Positions 41,759-52,219 are shown, numbered from the stretch's first letter. The stretch is DNA of 64,000 bases from Vulcanimicrobiota bacterium (GCA_963812155.1 CAWETW010000002.1:432681-496680), one strand, 5' to 3'. Notes: a model not told the origin generated them from the letters alone. Translations and numbers: made by a program.

Positions 41759-44700
41759 CGCGCGGCCGCGTGCAGCGCCGCGAGCACGTCGTCGAGCGCA
41801 GCGTCGAGTGCGCCGTCACGATCGCGCTGCAGCGCGGTGACGAACTCCGCGGATTCCAACTCCGCCATGGCGTCGAGCCGGTCGCACAGCGGTGCACGAT
41901 AGCGAGCGAACTCCGCCGGCGCCTCCGGCAGCAGACGTGCTAACGCGGCCCACGAAGTCGCGCTTGCCAACTCGGCGTCTTCGATCCGATCGGCAAACTG
42001 CGAGAGCGCGCCCGGTTCGAACGTGCCGGTGAGAAGCGTCACGGCGGCATCGGGCGGTTCCGCGGGCATTCCAAGGGCCGACGCGGCTTCGTGGAGCAGC
42101 CGTTCGATCACCGCGCGCAGCGACGGCGTCTCGAGGTCCCGCGCTGCGATGGCGTAGTTCGGCAGCCGAAGTTTGATGAAGAGCCGGTCGAGTTCGTCGC
42201 GCAACGCGTCGCGCAACGCCGCAAGCGCGCCGGCGCGTGCGTCGCCGAGCGCGTCGGGCAAAAAGGCACGGATCGCAAAGAGATGCGTGACGAATCCTTC
42301 GAAGCGCGCCTCCTCGAGAAACCGCACGACGCGCGTCAGTCGCTCGGGGGAGAACGCGAGCATCGTTCCGGCGCGACGCTCGCCGCTCGCCGCGAGCGAG
42401 GCAATCGCAGGTATTCCCGGCTCGAGCGCGATCTCCGCAGTGCCGTTACGCTCGGCAACCGGCGTGGCCGGCGGGAGTTCGAGGAATCGTTCTTCGGTCA
42501 GCGCGCGGCGGCTGCGCCCGAAGGCCGGCCCGAGCATGCCGTCGAGCCCGAACGGCAGTCCCGCGATCGAATTCGCGAACGCGGGCGCGGCGCGCACTTT
42601 CAGTTCTTCGGCGACGATGTCGTCTTCGCGTTCGTCGTCGTAACGAACGCGCGCGGTGACGTCGATCGCTTCGCCCGCGGCAAGGCCGTTGTGCACGACG
42701 TCCTGCCATCGAATCGTCGCTTCGACGCCCGGGTCCACGTCGTTGAGCGCGATGCCCGGCTCGACCGCGAACGGCGCCGCCGCCCCGGCGTCGCGAATCG
42801 GGACGTCGTTGACCGTCGTCGAGTTCGGAACGTAGATCAACGACGAAGGGCGCGCGACCGACGCGCAGACGCGCCGCGCCGGCCCGTCGCCGCCGTTGCG
42901 TAAGTGGAGCGTCCATTCGATCGTTTCACCCGCGTCGACGACGCCGGCGGGCTCGCAGGCCAGCGATCCGACCGAGAAATCGGGTTGCGCGGCGGTGGCA
43001 ATCGTCAACTGCGTGAGCGGTACCGGCAGCATCGCGGATGCCGTGACGACGCCGTCGACCGTGACGGGATGTTCGCGCGCGATGCTGCGCAATAGCCGCA
43101 AGCCTAACCGAGCCCTCGCGTGAGCGCCGGCGCGGACTTCGCCGAAGACGAGCGTCGAACGTTCCCGCACGGCGCCCTCGACGCTCTCCAGCCGCGCTTC
43201 CGGAGAGACGTACAAGCGCAGGCGGACGTCGTGAGCGACGTCGGTGCCGGCATTGACGAGTGCGACGTCGACGTCGGCGATTTGGTTCGGGCGCAAAACG
43301 CCTTCGCTCGCCAACTCCAAACGGGATGTCGCAACGTCGAAGGCGGGATGCGAGTCGACGAGCCAAAAGACGTCGCCGAGCGGGGTTTCGCCGAGTTCGC
43401 GCGTGTGCAAACTTGCGCCGACGCGGATCTCGCTGCGATCGGGATAGGGCGATCGCACGTGGGCGCGCAACGTCAGCCGCCGGCTCGCGTATGCGTCGAG
43501 CGCTCCAAGATCGACGGTGTCGCCGTCGATCGGCAAGCGAGACGTGCGCTCGAAGATCCGCACCTCGTCGAGGGCGGGATCGGTGCGGAGGTGCAGCACC
43601 GCATCCGAAGCGACCGCCGTGCCGTCGTTGGCGACCGTCACGACGGCTTCAATGTCGCCGCCGGGTTTCACCGACGCGCCGCTCGCGCGCCGTAACGCGT
43701 TGCGATGCTCGGGCAACGCAGGCTCCGATCGAACGATCGCGCGAGATTCCAACCGCCGGGACCCGTTTTCTCGCGCCGGTTCCCACGACAGAACGGCGGC
43801 AACCGGCAGCGCGATGGCGTCGGCGAGCGGCGCGGCGACCGTCGCTTGCGCGCACAATACGACGGTCGCACCGGCATCGATCGAACCGAGCTCGAAGTGC
43901 AGCGGATCTTTGCGGCGCTCGCGCACCGGCCGGCCGTCGATCGTCGACGCGCCGCGCACCGGGACGATCGAATCGGGCAGCTCGAAGGCGACCGTCACGT
44001 TTTCGGCCGCGGCGGTGCCGGCGTTGCACGCGTTGAGCGTGAACGTGAGGCGGCTGCCGGGGCGCGCCTGCGTAGACGGCTCGACGCGCAGCGACGTCTC
44101 GTCGCCTTGAAAGTTGGGCGACGAACGTACGGTCAGCGATGCCGGCGCCAAATCGAATGCCGCAGTCTCTTGCGACGCTACGGAAGCACGCGCGACGACG
44201 ACGGTGCCGTCGGCGAGCGGCGCGTCGATGCGGATGCGATAGGTTAGGGTCGCGGTTGCGCCTGCGGGAAGCGTGCGCATCATGACCGGCGCGTAGACTC
44301 GATCGAATGCCGCGCCGAGTTCTCGTTCGAGTTCGCGTCCGTTCACGCGCGCCGATCCGCCCGCGTAACTCGCGTGCTCGGGAATCGGCGCCACGATGAC
44401 GACGTCGTGCGCGCTCGATTCGCCGGCGTTGTGCACGCGTACGCTCGCCTCGGCGGTCGTTCCCGGAACCGGTTCGTCGCGCGACTCGAGCGAAACGATC
44501 GTCAACGCGTTTCGCAGTTGCGGACGGCTTCGCACCGCCAGCCGGACGACGTTCGATCCGACCGGCGCCAGTTCGAACGAAGCAACGGCGGCCTGCACTT
44601 CGATCGTCGTACCGTTCTCGATGGCGCCCGCGACGCTATAGGCAACGACGACGGTGCGCTCTTCGCCGGGCGCGACGTCGCCGATGTCGGCCCCGCCGCT

Positions 44701-44964
44701 CGCCAAAATCGGCGAGTTTCCTAGTCCGTCGTCGAGTAGTGCATCGTCGAGCTTACCGCTGCCGACGAGATACACCAAACCGTCGGGCAAGGTGAAACGG
44801 ACGCGTACGCCGGTCGCCGGAGCGCCCCCCTGGTTGCGAAAGGTGAACGCCGCGTGCACCGTCATTCCAGGTTCCAGCTCGCGTTCGGGCGAAACGACGA
44901 GCGTCCGGAGGCCCTCCGGCAGCGTCGGAGCGCCGGGCGCGAAAACCTCCGACAGGGTACGCAT
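41755..44964 (-). CDS. DUF11-like repeat (Ig-like) large protein
   Basis: Repeated (PG)...N.G...A..V and Y..GS..VN units; helical C-terminal domain. Confidence 0.7.
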   Translation of the reverse strand: MRTLSEVFAPGAPTLPEGLRTLVVSPERELEPGMTVHAAFTFRNQGGAPATGVRVRFTLPDGLVYLVGSGKLDDALLDDGLGNSPILASGGADIGDVAPGEERTVVVAYSVAGAIENGTTIEVQAAVASFELAPVGSNVVRLAVRSRPQLRNALTIVSLESRDEPVPGTTAEASVRVHNAGESSAHDVVIVAPIPEHASYAGGSARVNGRELERELGAAFDRVYAPVMMRTLPAGATATLTYRIRIDAPLADGTVVVARASVASQETAAFDLAPASLTVRSSPNFQGDETSLRVEPSTQARPGSRLTFTLNACNAGTAAAENVTVAFELPDSIVPVRGASTIDGRPVRERRKDPLHFELGSIDAGATVVLCAQATVAAPLADAIALPVAAVLSWEPARENGSRRLESRAIVRSEPALPEHRNALRRASGASVKPGGDIEAVVTVANDGTAVASDAVLHLRTDPALDEVRIFERTSRLPIDGDTVDLGALDAYASRRLTLRAHVRSPYPDRSEIRVGASLHTRELGETPLGDVFWLVDSHPAFDVATSRLELASEGVLRPNQIADVDVALVNAGTDVAHDVRLRLYVSPEARLESVEGAVRERSTLVFGEVRAGAHARARLGLRLLRSIAREHPVTVDGVVTASAMLPVPLTQLTIATAAQPDFSVGSLACEPAGVVDAGETIEWTLHLRNGGDGPARRVCASVARPSSLIYVPNSTTVNDVPIRDAGAAAPFAVEPGIALNDVDPGVEATIRWQDVVHNGLAAGEAIDVTARVRYDDEREDDIVAEELKVRAAPAFANSIAGLPFGLDGMLGPAFGRSRRALTEERFLELPPATPVAERNGTAEIALEPGIPAIASLAASGERRAGTMLAFSPERLTRVVRFLEEARFEGFVTHLFAIRAFLPDALGDARAGALAALRDALRDELDRLFIKLRLPNYAIAARDLETPSLRAVIERLLHEAASALGMPAEPPDAAVTLLTGTFEPGALSQFADRIEDAELASATSWAALARLLPEAPAEFARYRAPLCDRLDAMAELESAEFVTALQRDRDGALDAALDDVLAALHAAAR

Positions 44965-45040
44965 GACGCGATGACGTTTCGCCGCCCGCCAATGGCCCCC
45001 TTGACGCACATTCATTGCGCTGATGCCTGAAGGAGTCACG

Positions 45041-46237
45041 ATGCTCGCAGTTCACGAAGATCGCATCGCCGCGGCCGTCGATCGCCTCGGATCCGAGAAC
45101 GCGTTCGAAGTGCTGGCTCGCGCGCGCCAACTCGAAGCGCAAGGACGCCGCGTCGTGCACATGGAGATCGGCGAGCCCGATTTCGATACGCCCGATCACA
45201 TCAAGAAAGCCGCCGCGGAAGCGCTCTACGACTGTCACACCCACTATACGCCGTCGGCCGGCATTCCCGAGCTGCGCTCGACGATTGCTGAGTATGCAAC
45301 GCGTTTTCGCCGGATCGCGCCGGCATACGGCGTTGAAAACGTGGTCGTCGCGCCCGGTGCGAAGCCGGTCATTTGGAACGTGCTTTCGGCGCTGCTCGAT
45401 CCCGGCGACGACTTCATTTATTTCGACCCCGCGTATCCGGCGTACGCGTCGTGCGCGAGTTATCTCCAGGCGAACGTTCACGCGATTCCGCTGCTCGAGT
45501 CACGCAACTGGCGGATGGATCTCGACGAACTCGAAAGCCGCGTGTCGAACCGTACCAAAGCAGTCGTCATCAACTCGCCGCACAATCCGACCGGCGGCGT
45601 GCTGACGAAAGGCGATCTCGAGCGAATTGCCGACATGGCGCAGCGCCACGATTTCTTCGTCATCGCCGACGAGATTTACAGCCGCAATTTCTATCTCGAC
45701 AGCGACTACGTTTCGATCGCATCGCTCGACGGAATGCGCGATCGCACGATCGTGGTCGACGGTTTTTCGAAAGCCTACGCGATGACGGGATGGCGGCTCG
45801 GGTACGCGATCATGGCGCCGGAGTTGGCGAAGATCGTCACGCTCTTCAACAACAACACGTTCAGCTGCGTGACGGCATTCGTGCAGATGGCAGGCATTGC
45901 GGCGTTGACCGGTCCCGACGAACCCGTGCGGCGCATGAACGAAACCTTTCGCCAGCGCCGCGACCGGCTCGTTGCGGGGCTCAACGACATCCGCGGCATG
46001 TCGTGCACGCTCCCCGAAGGCGCGTTCTACGCGTTCCCCAACGTGACGGCGATCACGCAAGACGACCGCGCGCTCGCGAAGTTCCTTTTAGAAGAAGGCG
46101 GCGTGGCGTGCGGCGGCGGCTCGTCGTTCGGCGCGGCCGGCAAAGGTTACTTGCGCTTCTCGTACGCGGCCTCCATCGACGACATCGATTGGGCGCTCGA
46201 GCAGATCGCAAGAGTGTTGCCCGACTTCAAAGGCTGA
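45041..46237 (+). CDS. PLP-dependent aminotransferase class I/II
   Basis: IGEPDF, NSPHNPTG, ADEIY, FSKAYAMTGWRLG; AGGAG RBS. Confidence 0.93.
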   Translation: MLAVHEDRIAAAVDRLGSENAFEVLARARQLEAQGRRVVHMEIGEPDFDTPDHIKKAAAEALYDCHTHYTPSAGIPELRSTIAEYATRFRRIAPAYGVENVVVAPGAKPVIWNVLSALLDPGDDFIYFDPAYPAYASCASYLQANVHAIPLLESRNWRMDLDELESRVSNRTKAVVINSPHNPTGGVLTKGDLERIADMAQRHDFFVIADEIYSRNFYLDSDYVSIASLDGMRDRTIVVDGFSKAYAMTGWRLGYAIMAPELAKIVTLFNNNTFSCVTAFVQMAGIAALTGPDEPVRRMNETFRQRRDRLVAGLNDIRGMSCTLPEGAFYAFPNVTAITQDDRALAKFLLEEGGVACGGGSSFGAAGKGYLRFSYAASIDDIDWALEQIARVLPDFKG

Positions 46238-46240
46238 GCG

Positions 46241-46458
46241 GTGAAAGCGAGCGCGGCGGTGCGCGTCGTCGCCGCGCTCGGCCTCGCGCTGCATCGTCGC
46301 GGCGCTCGTCTACGCCATCGCGAACGGGCGGCGTCTTTCTCTTTCCGTTCCTGCTGCTCGTCGGCTTTCCGATGGCGGCCGTTTTTCGGAGGCGGCGTCT
46401 TCCTCCACCGGATTGCGACGATCCGCTCCAGCCCCCGCCGCGCATCTCGCTCAACTAG
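46241..46458 (+). CDS. Small membrane protein interrupted by two apparent 1-nt insertions
   Basis: Stitched frames give MKASAAVRVVAALGLAL-IVAALVYAIA-TGGVFLFPFLLLVGFPMAAVFRRRR...RISLN. Confidence 0.4.
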
Positions 46459-46524
46459 TGACATGACACTAGTGTCGTGTGAACGTACGATGCTCGGCGC
46501 TTCTGCGATCGAAGACGTTTAAAG

Positions 46525-46947
46525 CTACCCGTTGGGACGGACTCGTACGAACGTGCGCATTGCTTGCCCGATCGTCGTTGCGAATGCGGTCGGACGCTGC
46601 GCTCCTTCGCCGCCTGCAATGAAGACGAATGTATCGCCTTCTAACGTGTAGCTTGCCGGCAAGACTTTCCCCGCGTCCGGACCGATCGAGTCGACCCAGT
46701 CAATAGCTTTCGGGCTAACCGATGCATCTATGGAGAACGTACCGTTGAGCGCGACCGACCCGTCCAAATTTCGAACGGTGAAGGAGTGCCCCGAGAACGT
46801 CGTTACTCCGCCAACGTCAAACTCGTCGTCAGGATTTTCGATCCCGTCAGCTTCCTTACGGACCTGACGCCAGCTGCCTTGCAGTTTCGCGACTTCCCGC
46901 TCTGAAACGGCCGTCTGTTCCGGCGAGACCGGCTTTTGCTCGTTCAG
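46525..46947 (-). CDS. TIGR03067-like beta-barrel domain protein (probable CTG start)
   Basis: LQGSW..., GTFSIDASVSPKAIDW, YTLEGDT, RPTAF. Confidence 0.7.
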   Translation of the reverse strand: MNEQKPVSPEQTAVSEREVAKLQGSWRQVRKEADGIENPDDEFDVGGVTTFSGHSFTVRNLDGSVALNGTFSIDASVSPKAIDWVDSIGPDAGKVLPASYTLEGDTFVFIAGGEGAQRPTAFATTIGQAMRTFVRVRPNG

Positions 46948-47018
46948 AACGCCCTCGAACTTTGAAAGGGCGACACACGCGGGCCGGTTCTCGCAATCAC
47001 GTTGTGTTAACGCACGCC

Positions 47019-48665
47019 CTAGTGTGATGGAACGGTGGCGCGGCTGGGCGAGAGCTCGACCTCGCCGGTAATGCCGACGTTACCTTTGTGCGGGCGCCGC
47101 GCGATGTTATAGAAGTGCCAATGCATGAGGCAGAGCGATACGAACTGGTAGAACGGCATGCGCTCGCCGCGCATTGCGAGATTCTCGTCGACGTAGAGCC
47201 GAACGTACTGCGGAAACAAACGCCAAAACGCGGACTTTCGAGTCAACTCGCGCGCAAGCCGCAAAACGACGAGCAGGGCCCCGAAATTGCGCGTGACGGT
47301 CGAGCGGAAGCCCGTCATGCCGGCGGCGCGGTCCAATGCTTGTCGTCGCGCGCGAAACGTGGCCGAGCGGTAGCCTTTGAAAACGCGGCCGAAAAACACC
47401 GGCGCTTCGTAGAGCCGGCGGATCAGGTCGGCGTGGCCGGTTCGCAGCTCGGCCTGCGTCATGAGTTTCGGAACGAACGCGACTTCCGGATCGGTGTAGT
47501 TCAATCGGCCTTCCGCCTTGAGCCGATCGTAGAGCGGCGTCGTCGGAATCGGCGTCAAAATGCTGACCATTGCCTGTCCGACTCCGCTTTCTTCGATGAA
47601 CTCGTACTGTTCGTCGAAAATGCGAGGGTCGTCGTTGTCGAAGCCGACGATGAAACCAGCCTGCAAGACCAGACCGCCGTCGCGAATCCGGCCGATTTTC
47701 TCGAGCAGCGAATCGCCGCGCGTGTTCTGGAACTTCAACGTCTCGATGAGTGATTCGGCGCGCGGCGACTCCAGGCCGACGAACACTTGGCGGAAGTTCG
47801 CCTGCACCATCATCTCGATGAGTTCCGCGTCGTCGGCCAGATTGACGCTCGCCTCGGTATAGAGCTGCATGGCATAACCGTTGCGTTTCTGCCACTCGAT
47901 CAAGTGCGGCAGCATCTTCTTGACCGCGACCTTGTTGCCGATGAAATTATCGTCGACGAGAAAACAGAGGCGCGCGCCGGTACGCCGGACGGCGTCGAGC
48001 TCGGCGAGAAACTGCTCGGTGGTTTTCAGCCGCGGCCTTCGGCCGAAGATCGTGATGATGTCGCAGAACTCGCATTGGAAGGGGCATCCGCGCGAAAACT
48101 GGACGGTCGCCATTCCGTAACGGGACATGTCGAGCAAATCGTACCGCCCCGTTGGAACCTTGCTCATGTCGGTCTTTTCGGCTTGCTCGTAGCGCTCGAG
48201 GGGCGCTTCGCCGTTAGCAAACGACGTGAGAAACGCCGGCCAGCTCTCGTCGGCTTCGCCGATGAAGCGCACGTCGCAGAGATGCGCGAGTGCAGTCTCC
48301 GCGACCGTGACGTACGGTCCGCCGACGATGACGAGAGCGGGCAGGTCGCGCAGTCGCGTGAGAATCTCGACCATTCGAGCGCGCTGGACGATCATTCCGG
48401 TTATGCCGACGATGTCGAAGCGCCGAAGGTCGTCCCAATCGATCGATCGGACGTTTTCGTCGACGAGCTCGATCTCGACGCCCTCCGGAACCAACGCGGC
48501 CAGGGTTGGAAAAGCACCCGGCGTGCTCCAGTAACGTTTGTTGCCCGGAAGCATCGGCAACGTGAAATCGAACCCCCAGAACGATGGTTCGAATCGGGGG
48601 TTGATGAGGCAGACGCTGCAACGGCTTTGCCGGCTTGATCGCCGGCGAACCGGTAACCGCGGCAA
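47019..48665 (-). CDS. B12-binding radical SAM protein (DUF4070-like C-terminus)
   Basis: SRGCPFQCEFC motif; B12-binding N-terminus (DENV, GGPY); true start may be GTG 48687 with an indel near 48620. Confidence 0.88.
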   Translation of the reverse strand: MPRLPVRRRSSRQSRCSVCLINPRFEPSFWGFDFTLPMLPGNKRYWSTPGAFPTLAALVPEGVEIELVDENVRSIDWDDLRRFDIVGITGMIVQRARMVEILTRLRDLPALVIVGGPYVTVAETALAHLCDVRFIGEADESWPAFLTSFANGEAPLERYEQAEKTDMSKVPTGRYDLLDMSRYGMATVQFSRGCPFQCEFCDIITIFGRRPRLKTTEQFLAELDAVRRTGARLCFLVDDNFIGNKVAVKKMLPHLIEWQKRNGYAMQLYTEASVNLADDAELIEMMVQANFRQVFVGLESPRAESLIETLKFQNTRGDSLLEKIGRIRDGGLVLQAGFIVGFDNDDPRIFDEQYEFIEESGVGQAMVSILTPIPTTPLYDRLKAEGRLNYTDPEVAFVPKLMTQAELRTGHADLIRRLYEAPVFFGRVFKGYRSATFRARRQALDRAAGMTGFRSTVTRNFGALLVVLRLARELTRKSAFWRLFPQYVRLYVDENLAMRGERMPFYQFVSLCLMHWHFYNIARRPHKGNVGITGEVELSPSRATVPSH

Positions 48666-48770
48666 GCCGCTCGCTCAGAACGTCCACTGGTCCGTCGTGC
48701 CTCCTTAGAATCTAGCCGACCTTTCAGCGGGCGTCCGGCCGTTTCCCCGGAGCGCTCGAGCGATGAGCCC

Positions 48771-49781
48771 TTACGAGAGTTTCATCGCGCGCTTCACGTC
48801 GGCGAGCACGACCGCGGCAATCGCGCGCGTGCGCTCGGTGCCCTCTTCGATGATCCGCTCCACCTGGGCCGGATCGTTTCGATAGGTTGCGTAGCGCTCG
48901 CGGATCGGGCGCAGATAGGCATTGAGCGCGTCGGCGAACTCGGACTTGTCCTGCACGCAGCCGAGTGCGCCGCTGCGGCAGGCGGCGGCAATTCCGTCGA
49001 GGCGCAACGGATTGACGAAACGCCACAGCGAGAATACCGGACAGATTTCCGGACGGCCTGGATCGCCTCGCCGAATCTTCTGCGGATCGGTCACCATCGA
49101 GCGCACCTTCTTCTCGGTGGCGGCTTCGTCGTCGGCGATGAAGACGGCGTTGCCGTACGATTTGCTCATTTTCCGTCCGTCGGTTCCGGGAACTTCCGGA
49201 AACTCCGAGAGCGTCGCTTGCGGTTCGACGAGAATTTCGCGGCCGTCGCCGTAGAGGTGATTGAACCGGCGAATGACCTCGCGTCCGAACTCGAGATGTG
49301 CCTGCTGATCGCGACCGACCGGCACGTACTCGCCGCGCACGATGGCGATATCGCAAAGTTGCAGCAGCGGATAGCCGAGGAAACCGTACGTGGCGATCGA
49401 CGAACCCAAGGCGTCGATCTGTCCTTTGTACGTCGGCACCCGCTCGAGCCACGATACCGGCGTAATCATCGACAGCAATACGTGCAGCTCGCCGATCTCC
49501 GGCACCGCCGACTGTAGGAAAATGGTCGACCGTTGCGGGTCGACGCCGGCCGCCAGCCAGACCGCGACCATCTCGTTGCGAGCGGCGCGTATTTCTTGCG
49601 GATTGTCGAATTCCGTCGTGTACGCGTGGAGATCGGCGATTTCGAAGAAGGCATCGGCCGTATCGCAAAAATTCGCATACTGCGTCAGCACGCCGACGAG
49701 ATGTCCGATATGCAGACCGCCGGTGGGTCGCATGCCCGACATGACGCGTGGTTTCTTTGCGGGGACGGTGCCGGCGATCAT
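48771..49781 (-). CDS. trpS: Tryptophan--tRNA ligase
   Basis: SGMRPTGGLHIGH, VPVGRDQ, KMSKS. Confidence 0.95.
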   Translation of the reverse strand: MIAGTVPAKKPRVMSGMRPTGGLHIGHLVGVLTQYANFCDTADAFFEIADLHAYTTEFDNPQEIRAARNEMVAVWLAAGVDPQRSTIFLQSAVPEIGELHVLLSMITPVSWLERVPTYKGQIDALGSSIATYGFLGYPLLQLCDIAIVRGEYVPVGRDQQAHLEFGREVIRRFNHLYGDGREILVEPQATLSEFPEVPGTDGRKMSKSYGNAVFIADDEAATEKKVRSMVTDPQKIRRGDPGRPEICPVFSLWRFVNPLRLDGIAAACRSGALGCVQDKSEFADALNAYLRPIRERYATYRNDPAQVERIIEEGTERTRAIAAVVLADVKRAMKLS

Positions 49782-49797
49782 GGCGCGTACCGTTTCA

Positions 49798-50523
49798 CTA
49801 ATGCCGCGCTATTTCCGCGCGGACGAACGCGCGTGCGGCCACGACGGCGTGCGCGAGCGGCGTGCCGCGCGCGAGCTCGCAGGCTAGTGCCATCGCCAGC
49901 GTGCAGCCGGTTCCGCGCATCTCGCCTGCGATGCGCGGCTCGCAAAATAGTTCGACGCCCCCAGCGGTCGCCAGCGCGTCGACCGGGTCGCCGTCGAGAT
50001 CGCCGCCCGTGACGAGCACCGCACGCGCGCCGCGCTGTTGGAGCGCCACCGCCGCGCCGGCGATCGATTCGCGCGTCAGCGGATGTACGCCGAGCAGCGC
50101 CGCCGCTTCGCCGGCGTTCGGCGTGAGCACGACGTTGGGTAGCGTGGACAGCGATTCGGCGACTTCGCGCCGTGCATCGTCGTCGGCGAGGCGGCCGCCG
50201 TGCGAAGCGGCCGAGACCGGATCGACCACCGCGACGAGTTCCGGGCGGCCGCGCAACGCCGACGCCACCGCGCGGACGTTTTCGGCGCTGGCCATCGCGC
50301 CGATGCGGACCGCACCGGCGGCATCCCACGGCAGCGCCGCCAACTGTTCGCGCAGATTCTCGACCGGCACGGGATGCAGAGCCCGAACTCCGCGGGCGTC
50401 TTGTGCGCTCACCCCCGCCATGGCGGTAAAGACCCGCACGCCCAGCCGCGTCGCGACGACCACGTCGCGGCCCGTGCCCGCGACGTTCCACGGGTGGCTC
50501 GTACCGATCGAGAGCACGATCAC
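49798..50523 (-). CDS. thiD: Hydroxymethylpyrimidine/phosphomethylpyrimidine kinase
   Basis: VVDPV, LTPN..EA, RGTGCTLA; adjacent to thiE. Confidence 0.85.
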   Translation of the reverse strand: MIVLSIGTSHPWNVAGTGRDVVVATRLGVRVFTAMAGVSAQDARGVRALHPVPVENLREQLAALPWDAAGAVRIGAMASAENVRAVASALRGRPELVAVVDPVSAASHGGRLADDDARREVAESLSTLPNVVLTPNAGEAAALLGVHPLTRESIAGAAVALQQRGARAVLVTGGDLDGDPVDALATAGGVELFCEPRIAGEMRGTGCTLAMALACELARGTPLAHAVVAARAFVRAEIARH

Positions 50524-51185
50524 TGCGCCGGCTCCCACGCCCGCACGAGCCGCTTCGCGGCGCCGGCTGTATCGACGGCCCCGGCAATCGCGGAGATCAC
50601 CGCCGCCATGGCAACGCCCCAACGCGCGACTTCCGCGACGTTCGCTTCGTCGATGCCGCCGATCGCTGCAACCGGGAAGCGGCTCTCGGCCGCGATGCGC
50701 CGCAAACCGTCGATGCCGATCGGATCGCCGGCGTCGTCTTTGGAACGCGTTGCAAACACCGGACCCGCCCCCACGTAATCGATGTCTTCACGGTTTGCGG
50801 CACGCGCTTCGAGCGGCGTGCCGCAGGACAAGCCGATCAACCGGTCGTTCATGACGCGCCGCACGCCTGCGACGTCGTCGAAGCCGCGATCGCCCGGTCC
50901 GAGGTGAACGCCGTCGCAGTCGAAGTCGACGGCTGCGGCAACGTCGTCGTTGACGATGAGGAGCGCACCGCGGCGGCGCGCGCAGGCCACCAGCGCGGCA
51001 ATGGTTTCCGCGACGACGCCCTTCTTCGCACGGTACTGCAACACGCGCACGCCGGCGTCGATGACGGCGGATGCACGCTCCACGGTGTCGTGGGAGTCGT
51101 TGAGGATTGCGTAAATGCCGTGCAGCCGTGACGCGCGCCGCGCGCGTGCATCGGACGCTACGCGCGCCGCTTCAGACGAATCCAC
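50520..51185 (-). CDS. thiE: Thiamine-phosphate synthase
   Basis: LQYRAK, IVNDD, GVHLG, GPVFATRSK, AIGGI; start uncertain. Confidence 0.92.
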   Translation of the reverse strand: MDSSEAARVASDARARRASRLHGIYAILNDSHDTVERASAVIDAGVRVLQYRAKKGVVAETIAALVACARRRGALLIVNDDVAAAVDFDCDGVHLGPGDRGFDDVAGVRRVMNDRLIGLSCGTPLEARAANREDIDYVGAGPVFATRSKDDAGDPIGIDGLRRIAAESRFPVAAIGGIDEANVAEVARWGVAMAAVISAIAGAVDTAGAAKRLVRAWEPAQ

Positions 51186-51337
51186 AGCACCACGTTGGCG
51201 ATGGCATACGCTGCGAAGATAGCGATCAGGAACGTTGCGAGTGCGGCATTATGGCGCGACAGCGCCAGCGGGATCAGCAACGCAAAGCAGACGACTCCCG
51301 CCATTGCGACGGTCAGCATACGCGTGACCGGAAACAT
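51158..51337 (-). CDS. 59-aa two-TM membrane protein (not in ORF track)
   Basis: MFPVTRMLTVAMAGVVCFALLIPLALSRHNAALATFLIAIFAAYAIANVVLWIRLKRRA fills the gap between parB and thiE. Confidence 0.65.
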   Translation of the reverse strand: MFPVTRMLTVAMAGVVCFALLIPLALSRHNAALATFLIAIFAAYAIANVVLWIRLKRRA

Positions 51338-51349
51338 CTTCGATCGGTC

Positions 51350-52219
51350 TTATCCCGTTGCGTCTTCGCCGAGCAGCAAATCGCCCAGCCGAATGAGATC
51401 GTCCTCGCCGGAAAAACGAAACTCGATGCGGCCGCCGCGCCCGTAGCGCACCAACGCGACGTGCGTTGCAAAACGTTCGCGCAGCCGCGTTTCGAACGAC
51501 TGCTCGTCGGCGGTCAACGGATGCATTGCAGGCCGTACCGGCGATGCGCCGGCGCTATCCTGCGCGGCGATTCGTTCGAGCGCCCGCACGGTCAATGCGT
51601 CCCGCACGGCCCGCTCGGCGAGCGCCTGGCGATCCGCGGGAGCGGCGGCAAGCAGCGCGCGCGCGTGACCCGGGGAGAGCCGCCCGCCGGCGACCATCGC
51701 CTTAACGCCGTCGGGCAGCGCCAGCAACCGCAGCGCGTTGGTAACGGCGGGCCGGCTCTTGCCGACGCGGCGCGCGACCTCTTCCTGCGTCAACCCGAAC
51801 TCGTCGATGAGGTGTTGGAATCCCGCCGACTCCTCGAGCGGGTTGAGATTTTCGCGTTGCAGGTTCTCAATGAGCGCGACTTCGAGCGCGTCGCGGTCGT
51901 CGCTCGTTCGCAGGATCGCAGGTATCGTCGTCAGTCCCAGCGATGCGCAAGCGCGCCAGCGGCGCTCGCCGGCGATAAGTTCGAAGGCATCACCGCGGCG
52001 CCGTACGATGATCGGGACGAGCACGCCATATTCCGCGATCGAAGCCTGGAGTTCGTCGAGCGGATCGCGCTCGAACGAGGTGCGCGGCTGATACGGATTG
52101 GGTGTGATGCGATCGACGGGAATCTCGCGCGGCGGCTCGCGCTCGGAACTTGGCCGTGCGGCCGAATCCCCGAGCAACGCCCCCAGCCCGCGGCCCAAAC
52201 CGCGTCGCGGAGCGCTCAC
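51350..52219 (-). CDS. parB: Chromosome partitioning protein ParB
   Basis: GLGRGLGALL, NPYQPR, IAGERRWRA, ENLQRENL, HTH GKSRPAVTNALRLL. Confidence 0.95.
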   Translation of the reverse strand: MSAPRRGLGRGLGALLGDSAARPSSEREPPREIPVDRITPNPYQPRTSFERDPLDELQASIAEYGVLVPIIVRRRGDAFELIAGERRWRACASLGLTTIPAILRTSDDRDALEVALIENLQRENLNPLEESAGFQHLIDEFGLTQEEVARRVGKSRPAVTNALRLLALPDGVKAMVAGGRLSPGHARALLAAAPADRQALAERAVRDALTVRALERIAAQDSAGASPVRPAMHPLTADEQSFETRLRERFATHVALVRYGRGGRIEFRFSGEDDLIRLGDLLLGEDATG

